NCBI GenBank assembly: GCA_949358305.1
Contig: OX442314.1
Coordinates: 26,474,001 to 26,538,000, forward strand
Direction: 5' to 3'
DNA length: 64,000 bases
DNA from: Strigamia acuminata
Taxonomy: Eukaryota
How positions within the stretch are numbered: the first letter of the stretch is position 1; the number at the start of each line of letters is the position of its first letter. The notes beneath the pieces are model-generated. The model saw only the letters and a program-made list of their open reading frames with translations. It searched no databases and was not told where the DNA came from. Made by a program: the position numbers and the translations under genes. Shown here piece after piece: positions 41,601-53,245 of this stretch.

Positions 41601-42453
41601 GGGGTATAAGTTGCGGAGCATGGCCTTCCGCCACGCCGTTACCACGTGGGAGCCAACACCGTCAGCGCAGTCACACGCAATGATGGTCACGAGTGAAGAG
41701 CCGATGGAGAGCGACGCCGCCTCTTCGACTGCTTCACGTGGAGCCCCAACTCCACCTCCGCCGCCACCGCCGCCACCGATGCCACCAGCGGCGACACCAC
41801 AGACACCCGTCCTATCAAATGCGGCGGGTAGACCCAGACGCTTGTTATGTCGGACGCCACCAACGATGTCCGCCGCTCGCCAGAGCCTGACGCCTCCCGC
41901 AGCCCAACAAGCGCGGGAAGAGACTGTCCAACAAGCGGTAGTTCCGAAGAGCGCCAAGCCAGCGAAAGCGGCGAAGCTTCAGACGAACTATTATGAGAAG
42001 TTGTGTGACGAGTTCTCTCAGCTGTCGATGACGACGGCGACGCGCAAATTCATCCTCGCGCAGAGAGACAAGGGGAAATCGGTATTCGTTTGGCTACACA
42101 ACCAGGTGCGCCAGACCACCGATTTGATCCTCCATCAGCGTTTGCTGAGGGCCCACCGTGCGCCTCGAACGGCCGCGGAGGCGAACGCAATCCGGCACAC
42201 CAATTCCGGGTTTTCGGCGTTCATTCCGCGGGTTTGGCTGCATGAGAGGAGGCGTGCCCCGTACGAGCCAGCCGGCGGCCACGATTTGTGCTTTATTTCC
42301 GAGCACAAGGACCCCCGCGACCAGTCTTCAGCCTTGGTTGGAGATCTGGTTTTGCCGCCCGGCGCTGTGCCGCCCGGCGCTGAGCCGCCCGTCCCTGGAG
42401 TGAGTTTCGCCCAGGCGATGGATCCAGCGTCGGGTCCCAGCAAGAAGGATTGA
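38686..42453 (+). CDS. Uncharacterised non-Env accessory protein of element 1 (main exon 39580-42453, 957 aa; putative acidic upstream exon 38686-38778)
   Basis: Long intact ORF ending just before the PPT. Homology to the element-2 ORF begins exactly at acceptor TTTCCATCATTGCAG|ATG (39580). The upstream exon is inferred. Confidence 0.75.
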
Positions 42454-42492
42454 TCGCTCCGAACACCGGCGGTCAGAGCTGGGAGGGGGACG

Positions 42493-43488
42493 TGTGGTGA
42501 CCCGACTGGGGTGGGGCACGAAGAGTTTCTCTCGTGGCCTACATACGGGTAAAGAAGGGGAGTCGCACGCGCGCCTCCCTTCCCTCAGAGCATTGACATC
42601 CAGTCAATGGACGGGCGTCTGCCCTGGGGGAGTGGGGGAGATTCGTCTTCTCCACTATTGGGTGGCTTTAGTCACCTGTCACCCCCCGCTTTGTGCAAAG
42701 GAATTCGCCTTGCACTGAGCGGAGAGAACCAACACAAAAATCAACCAAGATACACGTAAAAGCCAAACGTCCTAAAACGATCAAGCCTAAGTACAAAGAC
42801 TTCAGGAGTGACCTAGGACAAGGGACTTTCAACGTGAGTACGATTGATTTGTGTTAACCTCCGCAGAGTAACCTGCGAAACAAGATTACCACACTATTTT
42901 AGCAAGCCAGCTAGAAATAGTAAACCTACTCCAATTTAGCGAGTTGTGCAGACAAACGGTCGCACAAGCCTAAATTGCAGTAACCACGACGAGCGTTCCC
43001 GCCGCTGTGTGTATCGCCGGGAACCACCAAGCGTCCGCCGCTGTGTGATCGCCGGACACCTACAAAAAACCCTAAACCTAGACAACAGACCAGAAGTAAG
43101 ACCTTTCAGGCATTCACTCGCGCCCGACCAGCGTGAGCCCGAAGGACCGAACGAGAAACGTGAGACGAGGACGCCATTCATTGCCACGCCGGCCCAAGAC
43201 GACACCACGTTGCCACGCGGACGCCATCTTGGATCCACAGCGACAAAGGACGACCTCGACCAGTTTCCCGCCAACTTCACACCCCTTTCCTTTTACCTTT
43301 TTATTCCCTTACATATTTTATTCCCTTTTAACTGTATATTCCCGTATAATAAATACATTTATTATATTTACCTTTTACATTGTCTTGCCGTGTTACATTA
43401 TTTGGGTAACCGCTTGAGTAAAGCGGTATTGCGAGATCAGAGAGTGACTCATACCACGTATCAGCGACAGACCGAGTTGAGCGCGACA
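42493..43488 (+). repeat. 3' LTR of element 1
   Basis: No difference from the 5' LTR noticed by eye; the ORF-track peptides from both LTRs are identical over the shared region. Confidence 0.97.
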
Positions 43489-45722
43489 AAATATCTTGTA
43501 CAGCAAAATTATGTACCCCAAGCATAATTTCAACTCAAATAATTCCTTCTTTCCATTACAATATCTCTATAGGAATTGAACCTGTGAGTAAAATACAAAT
43601 AATGTAAACTTTTTATTTCTTTTTTAATCATTTATTTTTAGTTTATGCCTGATGCAATTGTGATTAAAAAATATGACAATGGAACAATTTTGTTTCGTGG
43701 ATTTGTCTATGACTTATTGATTTCTTACCTCTGTCCCACAATGAAATTAAGGTTTGTGTCATTAAATAGAGAAACTACTGAACTAAAATTAATTTTTTTT
43801 TGTAAATAGTGTGATCGAAGTGTATGGAGACCATTTAAATAATGAAGCAATCTATGAAATGATAATTAAAAAAGTAAATATGGGTCATAGAATGTAAAAT
43901 GCACTATTTTTCCATATAGTTTAAAGAAATTTCTTAAAACGGGATGCGTCTTAACCCTAACAGTACAAACCTAAAATGCCTACTCACCCAACCGGGTCAT
44001 TTCGATGATTTTAGTAAAAAAAAGTTAGTTTGGACCAACAAAAGACATTTTGGACCATAACAAATGACATTTTGGGCTACAACAAATGACATATTCTACC
44101 TAAAAATTATGTTTTTCTTTTAAAATCCAAATAATGTCTAATTATTATTTTACGTGTTTTCTTAGAAAATTGATACAAGCACTACACCCTACATTATGAC
44201 ATCATGTCGAGTTCCCTATGTGGACAGTGTGGCTTTAGAAATGAAGCGTGATAATTTGGCAATTGCAGTAGTACTTTCATCTCAAATCGAAGACTTCATG
44301 TGGTTCACATTCATCAAACCATTCAGTTGTAACATGTGGATTTGCTCAATTTTGCTTAGTCTTTTGTTAAAATTTATTTTTGAAGCAATTCTTCGTACAA
44401 AGAAATTGGACAATTCAAATACTCGTAAGTTATATTGCTTGTTGACACAGACCAAGCAAGCCAGCTCTGAACATTCAATCCAATTGATGCGGCGATCCGG
44501 GTTTTTACTTAATAAATCGGGGAGACTTATAAAGCAATCGTCGTAGAAATGCCGTACAGGACTTCTACTCTGTGGCCAAATGTTTGTCTAGGGGAATGAT
44601 TTTACACAGAGTAAAGGAAAAATTAGATAGTTTTAATCGTTCAAAATACAAAGGAGGTATTATTTAAAATGTTTGGGGTCGATCTGGCTTCTTCTTCAAA
44701 TGTACACTCACAGTTGACCGTTGGCTCCAAGATGGCGTCGATGGCGTCGTGTGAGCGCGGGATTTTAGCGGAGTAAACTCAACGCTAAAATACCTTGCTG
44801 AATATACTAAAATCCTCGTGGAGCACGCTCGACACGAGAATACGTCTTGCACACAGCGGTTCGATTATTACGGAGCAAGCTCGACGTAACAATCGGTCTT
44901 TACACAAATCGCTTTGTGGAGTTAAACTCGACACAAAGCCTTCAAACTAACAGAGTAAACTCGATGTTAGTTTCACACAGAAATGGCTTAAATTACGCGT
45001 AGTAATTCAAGCTAGAAAGTTGCTATTCCGTACAGTGGGTACAGACCAGCGATGAAACTCAATTCGTCCAAGAATCACAGATCACACTTTGCAGTTTTGG
45101 CAGAAGTTTGACACGGTTGTGAACAGTTTGGAGGTAGAATCAAGAGTGCGGGAAGAGTGGGCCAAAACCGTTTGGCTCACTTCTAAATCTGCTCAGAAAA
45201 GCTGCGCAGATGACGAGTTGCACAAAGATCACACACGGCCGCCTTCGGGTCGTGTGCAACAATTGAGCCGGGCACGCGCGAGGGGAAGGGATGCTCCGCC
45301 CAGGCACACGCCTAGCAGCATCATCAAAGCAATGCACGCTGCAGCGTGATTGGTTGACGCTGTTGCTGGGCCAAAACTTGCTGCAAAACACAATATTATT
45401 TGGGTAATATTGTGTCTTGTTTTATATTTTATTAATGTATGTTTTATTTCAATTTACATTGAAACAAAACATATAAGCTTGTTGAATATGTTTATAAGAC
45501 AATTTGGAAATATGGTGCGCACTCAAATAGGAATATTTGAGGTCACCACACTTCCCCCCCTTTTAAGAAAGAATCTTATTCTTTTCCAAAAAGAGACAGG
45601 TAAGTATAGGAATAAATACACAAGGTTTCAAAGTAAAAATGGAACAGGATATTTATTCTTTTTTATTACAGTAAAAAAAAATAAAAAAGGAATTATTTTT
45701 AATGAATGGGCATGTTCCCTAA

Positions 45723-48558
45723 TTATTTAGGCAACATGTCCGTTGAATGATCGTTTGGATCTTTGTGCTCTGTGACGGTGCACAAAGATCGGCCGGCGTT
45801 TGGTCCTGACCGGAAGCCAGGGTTGATGTGGAGCCACACTTGCTTTATGCGGTCTACACCATCCCTTCGTCCAAAACCCATCTCGAAATACTCCTGCGGG
45901 TCTTGAGGCGTAATTCGGGCGAACACCAGGCGTTGATGTAGGATCCACGGCTGTTGTTCCTTGATGTGGTTTTCCAGCCACGCGAGGACTCGGTTGCATA
46001 AATCTTCGCTGTTCTGGAGAATCGTTTTCGTCGCGCTCGTTATGTAGCAAAAGGCGTATAACGAGCGCAAACGTTGATAGGCGGTGAGGTGGGTGGCCAT
46101 ATTTGATCCCCTATCTCTCGGCGGCGAATCCTTTGGAGGAGGCGGCGGTGGTGGCGACTTCTTGCAGATCGAGAGGGATCTGGATCTGCGCGAAGCCGGG
46201 GCGCGCGTCTTTGGTCTGGCACCGCTGGCCACAGGCACGACGAACTCGCGATCGTCGCTGTCGAGCCACTCCATTGGAGACGAGATGTTGCAACTCGGTG
46301 CCTCGGTTGCACGGGAAACACTCGACGTTGCCGTGATGGCAGCGTGGAGTGGAGCTGCGGATGACGGTGGTGCGCCAGCGGGACGGGCGGTGGCTCGTTC
46401 CGTTGTGCGCTGCTGCTTCAGTGTAGCCCATTCCTGCCGTAGTCGAATGGCGGATCCAGCCGGAGTTTCGCCAGTCGCCTCGGCTTGTTGCGTCAATTCG
46501 GCGAGCATCGTTGGAGGATCGGGGCGAACTGACTCCCAATCGCCCAGCAAGGCTCGTGGAAGCCCTAACGGCACGGTCCACAATCGAGTGGCGGCCGCCA
46601 GAGCAATCTGTGGGTCGGGAAAGACTCCTTGGAACAGGATTCGAAGAAGTCCCTCCGACAACTTCCTGTTCATCTTCTGCAGCGCCCGTTGCAGTTGCTT
46701 GTCGGACTTGCACGACGCAAGCTCTCGCGCAAGCCATTGCCATTCCTTCTCACCTTCGCGGATCTGAGCGAGTTGGTATTCGTCCAGATGCGCGAGGTAC
46801 ATCGCTTGGGCTGTCTCGGGAAACGATGAGAATCGCCTCCAGAGATCAGCGCACTCCTGTGCTGGAAATGGTTCGGGAGGAACGTATCCCTCGAAACGGA
46901 TGACAGTTGTCACTTGTGGCACGGGCACAGACGTATCGGGTCGCATGTCGCTGGTGACTGGACGGCAAGCGAACGGCAAAGAGGTGTTGACGTCTCCTTG
47001 ACCGGCTTACAATGCGGCGATGCGTTGATCTTCTTTCGCTATCTCGTCCGACCAGTCAATCCGGCCGGAGGAGGAAGCGCTAAGCTGTGAAGCGTTGGAC
47101 CTTTCTTCACGCGACGAGAGTGAACTCCTCGTGGAAGATTGGCGCGATTGCACTCGAGGTCGGCTTCGGGATGTGGGTCTCGACACGGACTTCGAATGTC
47201 TTTTTGGCGGCGTCGACTCGCGTCGGTGATGTGAGCGATGACGAGCTTTCTGGAGTGGAGGTAACCCTCCAATGGCGCCTTCCCCCGACGACTGTGTTGG
47301 GGAGGAGCGACGGCCACTGTAGGGCGACCTCGATGATCGTGACCTCGACGTGGAGCGCGGTGGCACCACGTGGATGGTGGAAGCGACCTGTACCCGGGGC
47401 TCGGGCTCTGGATACGGGTTTGGCACGAAATCAGCATGGAAACATCCGCCCATGGCTAGTTGATGCATCTCCGATTGGCATGTCGGCACCCAACGTTTCT
47501 TTCCGTCTGTGGTTGGCCGGAAAGATTCGTGGTAGAGGCGCACAACCTCGGCCTTGGTTTGATCAAGACGTTGGAAAATGTCCTCCAAAATCTGTCGACG
47601 CTCCCACGCAGGAGCGTTGAAATAACGGCGATGGTCTCGCGTTTCTTGAGCGATCACTACGAAGGCGAAGTCGAGCAACACGTTTCGTAGTGGTCCGAAG
47701 GTGTCGCGCTTCATTGCCCATTCGAGGGCGTCGCGATGACCGAATCCATCGATTAAATAGGCGATCCGAAACTTTGTTCCCCATCGCTTGTTTAAGGCTT
47801 TGGAGAATTTGTGTCGGGCCGCCCAAAACGTCAGTCTTCCTTTAGACTTGATGATTTCTGGCGGCAATGCATGTCGCCAGACTCCAGGAGCTGTTGGAAC
47901 ATCGGGGTGCAGTTCGAGATGTGTTTCCCGAAGCTGGATGATCTGTAAAATATTCGAAGAAATAATTAAAATCCATTTTTTCGCTAAAATTAATTATTTC
48001 CGAATTTTCAGTGAATAAAATCACGGGTGAGATTTCATTCGACGGTTTAGATTCGTTAAATTTTTCAAAACATTTGAAAAATCGTGAAAAACGTTGTCTC
48101 TGACGGCTATGTTTCAGTGTTTGGAGCGTTACCGTAGCAACGCCTCAAAAATGAGACACAGCGCCATCTGATGGTAAAAATGGCGGCGTCTTCTTGCGAA
48201 GACGTTACCAACGAACTTTTTGCTTTTTCCGAGTGAAAATGCACTTTTAATTACTTTTCATGACTGAAAGGTAATTTTATTTTAAATTATTTACCCGTTC
48301 GTGTCTCTGTGCACGAGTTTCGCCGTTTGGATCGGCGAATAGGCCTCCTCGTAGTTGTGGTCGGGGCGGCGTGACTGGCAAACGGGCTGCAGCGTCGGCC
48401 AGAGCGGCTTGAGCTTCGGCTGACGCTTCGGCGGATGCCTCGGTGACATCCACGGATGCATTCGAGGTGTTTGCGGAACCAAGCAACGTCGAATTTGTTT
48501 CTAATTCGAGGCTGTTGGCGCCGGCTTCGCTTCCTTCTTTCGGTTCCTCTTCTTCCAT
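45723..48558 (-). CDS. Accessory protein of element 2 (exons 48558-48295 and 47942-45723; in-frame TAA at 47009-47007)
   Basis: Phase-0 donor CGG|GTAAAT (48294) and acceptor TTTTACAG|ATC (47942). ORFs 47007..47867 and 45723..46979 share a frame, and both align by eye to element-1 ORF3. Confidence 0.7.
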
Positions 48559-48764
48559 TTGAACGACTAATCCAAATGGAAAAGAAAAACGAAAATTAAT
48601 TTATTAGTTTTTCCTTGGAAAATTCCAAAGAAAAAACTACTTACAATCGGAGATTCTGGGACAATTAATCCTGTCGTTTCGCTTTTGGTTTGGGATGAGC
48701 ACTTAACACACGTGTGAGATCGAAGTGAACTCAGACGCGAAGTGATCAGTTCAAATACCGGAAG

Positions 48765-51700
48765 TTACGTTTGGGTAACGTCGCGGTTAGTGACGTCATC
48801 CAATCTTATTGTTTGATTGGTTTGCGTATGGCTTGGGGAATTGCTCCTTACGTCATACGGCTGATCCCTGGATCTCGAGGTTATCGAGGGGAGAAGACAC
48901 ATGTTGTTTTTTCCTCTCGGTTTACGAGTCCGAAGATTATATCTCTTTGTCGGTGAGGGATTTATTGTATTTAAATTGCCGTCTTCATTGTCATCGGAGA
49001 CTGAGTCAGATGAGTCTTTTATTTCAGATGTTTTTTGTTTCTTTTCTAAAAACACCTTTTTATTTAATTTTTTAGCAATTTCAAGCTTTTTGAAACTGTC
49101 ACGAAGTTCAACGTCGTTATTCACGAGGTCTGACTCCATTTGTGGTTTGGATGAATTATCGACAGGTATTTTCTTTAATTCATCGTCATCTAACGTGTTA
49201 ATTATATTTTCAGTCTTTTGACCGACTTCCTCGCCTTCTAACCATACTTCCTGATCGAAACTCGGGAAATACGGAGTTAATTCAGACGAATGGACAGCTG
49301 GAAATATTTCGTTGTTTTCCAGCTTTCTCAATTCCACCGAACCTCCCTGTAATACTTTGGTTATTACATAAGGTCCTGTTCTTTTATCAGCGATGCCAGC
49401 TGCAATGCCGCGGGCAGCGCTCGACAAAACATGAGAATCTCTCCAAACTAAATCGTTTAATTTAAAATTGGAGAACTTCTCACCTTCTTTTTTAAGATTA
49501 ACTCGTCTACGCAAATCTAACACGTGTGACATCCTGTGCTGATATGTTTCGGCGATAACGGCTTCTAATTTTTGCACGTATAAATGTGGGTTTTTTGGAT
49601 CTACGACCAAAATTCCTTCAGGTATTCTTGGATCCCAAGGTACTCTGAGTTCGCGAAAAAAGTTAAGAAATGCGGGAGAGAAGTCTCTTCCTCTCGTCAC
49701 CGTAGTTCTCAAACTAAATGCAAATTCACGCAAATATTCGTCCCATTTGGAATGAACAGATGAATAAATTGCAACCAAATATTTGATGTCACGGTTAACC
49801 CTTTCAACCGGGTTAGCTTGTGGGTGATATGTTGAAGTTGGTGTTGGAACCATCTTGAACTTTTCACAAAATTTTTTAAAGACTTGGGCACAAAATTGCG
49901 GGCCGTTGTCAGAAATAATTTTACGAGGGAATCCCATGCTCATGGAAAGGTGATAAATGCAATTTGCTACTTTTCCAGCAGTGGGGTTACACATTGGATA
50001 TAATTCTGGCCAATGAGTTGCCACGTCAAGTATGACTAAAATATGTGTGTTGTTTTTGCGCGTCCGAGGTTTCGGGCCGGTCAAATCAACACTTAGACAG
50101 TCAAATGGGCTGTAAGGACCCATTTGCGCTGCTTCAATTTGTCCTTTCGTTCGAGGTTTGCAAGCTTGACAACGCTCGCAATGTCGAATGAATCTCGTAA
50201 TGTCAGATTTCATGCCTTTCCAGGTATAAATTCGGCGTGCTCGATAAAGAGTCCTTGCAATTCCTGGGTGGCCAGAAAGTGGGTGGCCATGCATTAGCCA
50301 AATAATTTTATACTTCAATGTCTGAGGTACAAAAACTTTGAGTGCTCTCCCATCCTCCCCCAATTCATCAGACATTGTGGGATGAAATTGCATTAATAAG
50401 TCATCTTCAATTAAGAAGGTGGTTGCGTGTTTTCTATATTGTTTCCTCTGGAGTCGCGTTGTGACGTCAGGCGGAAATTGATTACAGTTTAAAAAATTAC
50501 GCATTAATTGGCAAACTTTATCTTCTTTTTGGGCCTTGATTATGTCTTCCCTTGTAGAGGGTTCACAATCAAGACGCTCTACAATTTTGGCGACAAATGC
50601 TTTTATTAAAACATTTGACGAAGGAATTTGAAATTTCTTTGAAATTTGCGCTCTTATGACGTCATCTGATTCTTCAGAGGGGTCATAAATTTTAGTCCAA
50701 TAATTGACGAATTCGTGATCTTCCTTTTCCTCCAGCGTGGAGACAGGAAGTTCATGAAATTTTCCCATTTTCCAATTTCGTTGAGGTGATGGACAGTAAG
50801 ATAATAATTCGTCATTATCTCCATCATCTTCAGGATTTTCCGGTTTGTCAATCGGTGATCTGGATAAAGCATCCGCTAAAACATTTAGTGGACCTTTAAT
50901 ATATTGTATTTCGAAAGAGTAGCGCATCAGCTCCATTTGCCAACGTGCTAACCTTCCGGCAGGTTCGTCTAACTGCATCAACCATTTTAGTGCTTGATGG
51001 TCAGTCCTAACTATGAATGTGGTAAATTCCAAATAATGTCGAAATTTACGTAATGCCCAGATTACCGCAAGGCATTCTAATTCTGTGGCGCTGTAATTTA
51101 TCTCAGCAGGTTGCAAACTTCTGCTGGCATAAACACAAGGCACTTCGATATTTTGATCATCGATTTCCCTCATTTGCATAAGCGCGGCGCCTAGTCCTTT
51201 CCTGCTAGCGTCGGTATGCACAATAAATGGTTTGACAGAACAGGCATGGCCATTGTTTCTGCATTCGTTAAAGCATCTTTTATTTGATCAAAAGCTTCTT
51301 GATGAATTTCTGACCAAATAAATTCCACATCCTTTTTGAGTAAAGGACATAGAGGTTCTGTCATGACTGCCAGATTCTTGAGTAATCGGTGAAAAAAGTT
51401 CACCATTCCCAAAAATCTTTGCAACTCTTTCAAATTTGAAGGAGCTGGCATTTCTTTAATGGCGGCGACTTTTTTAGGGTCGACACTAACTCCGTGAACA
51501 CTTAACTTGTAGCCAAGAAAAGTTAATTCTTTTCTGCCAAATTTTGATTTTTCTGGATGAACATGAAGATTTGCATTTTCAAGTTTACTCAGAATTTCTT
51601 CCAGATGAATCATGTGTTCTTCAAAATTTTTAGATATAATAATTATATCATCGAGGTATGCCCATGCAAATTTTCGATAGGCGTCCCCCAAAATTTTTTC

Positions 51701-53245
51701 TATCAACTTTTGAAAAGTTGACGGCGCATTTACGAGGCCAAAGGGCATGACTCGAAATTGTAGTCGACCCAAAGGGCTCCAAAACGCAGTTTTCGCACGG
51801 TCGTTCGGATGAACCTCTATTTGCCAATAGCCTTTTGACAAATCTATTGTTGTGACCCATTCAAACCTTCCGAGTTCTCGCAAGATTTCCTCAATGCTCG
51901 GCATTTGAGGAGGGTCGTATAATGTATGTGCATTGAGTGGTCTAAAATCAATGCAGAGTCTCGGATCACAATCCGGACGCATCACTAGAACTATTCGCAT
52001 TCCATAGTCTCCAGTGGCTTGTTCGACGTACCCATTATCCAACATATCTTGACAGATTTGACGGATAATTTCACGTTTCTGTGGATTTACGCTTTTAAAC
52101 GGAACTCTAATTGGAACTTTAGTGTCCAGTTTAATTTCATGCCTAACGAGGTGTGTTCTACCTGGTCGGCGTGATAAAATCTTTTCATGTTTCTTTAATA
52201 CTCTTTCAAGCATTAAATTATTTTTCATTGACAAATTAGCGTCGCTAACAAGTCTTTGTACTACATTTTCTTCATCGGCAACTTTAGCTTGACATGCAGT
52301 GGCGGAACCAGCTTTCATGTGATTTGCTTTAATAAAGTCGCGTTTCATGATTTCTTCGGGTGGATCAAGGAACTCTTGATAACGATCAAGAATCGCTTGA
52401 GGAACAAAAGGTAAATCTTCTTTCAAAGACTTGACAAAATTCCAAGACATGGTCTTAGGATTTGGTTGAATATTGAGTCGATTCATGAAATCACATCCTA
52501 ATAAAATAATAGGATATTTATTTCTTAAAATTATGAATGCATGACTTAACATCCCGTGTGTCCACGCAAAAGAAAGTAGGAGAGTTCCTTCAGGGACTAC
52601 ATCTTCTGAAGCAGTCGTAACTCTCACATCTGGTCCAATTGGTCGAATTTCATCTTCCAGTTTCAGCGAAATTACTACGGAGTAGGCCATGAAGCTTCGA
52701 TTAGCTCCAGAGTCTAACATCCCTGTTATCATACCGTTTGCCGTCTGCAATCGAATCGTCGGCAAATCATTGCTGTTTGGTATGTCCGCGTATTTGCATT
52801 TAAAACGTCGCGGTGGCTTAATTTCTATCGGCGGATCCAATGGTAATTCGTCCAATAAATCATTAGTGACTAATGTTGTAGCCATTAATTTTTCAATACA
52901 ATCGTCAAGACCAGGTAAATCAATTTTATCTGACCTTTCAACAATTTCAGGTGTGGGCCTAGCTTTTCCATCTAGTAAAGTAACAGCATCTTTTATTTTA
53001 GATTCCCAATCAACTTTTATTTGTTGAACTTTTTCTTTAAAAAATTCCTCAGTGATGTTTTCATTTTGCAGCACAAGCCTTAAACTGGAAACATCAATTT
53101 TTGGAAATACTAAATTATTTTCAAATTCTAGTTTAATCTGAGTATTTAAAAATTTATCTAAAATCTGAGATGGTGTTAGTTCGTTTTCCGAGGCGTTAGG
53201 CGTCGCATCCACTAGACCGTCTGGATGCGCGCTTACAAGTTTTTT
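48765..53245 (-). pseudogene. pol: Pol of element 2, with 1-nt frameshift near 51232
   Basis: MLDSGA, MPFGLVNAP, YLDD in 51191..53212; HTDAS, HGHPLSGH..CERC, SDNGPQF, GPY in 48765..51221. Restoring one A gives MPVLSKPFIVHTDAS. Confidence 0.92.

Larger units (their letters stand above)
29967..43488 (+). mobile_element. Full-length Ty3/gypsy LTR retrotransposon (element 1, 13,522 bp): gag, pol and extra ORF
   Basis: 996-bp LTRs TGTGGTGACC...GCGACA at 29967-30962 and 42493-43488; TSD AAAT; PBS TGGGGGCCTGTCCGGGAT (tRNA-Pro-like) at 30965-30982; PPT GGGAGGGGGA at 42481-42490. Confidence 0.97.

Noticed and set aside
40428..42443. Antisense ORFs over the accessory genes (199, 221 and 102 aa; also 46084..46767)
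   Set aside because: Shadow ORFs of GC-rich coding sequence, with no similarity noticed between the two elements.
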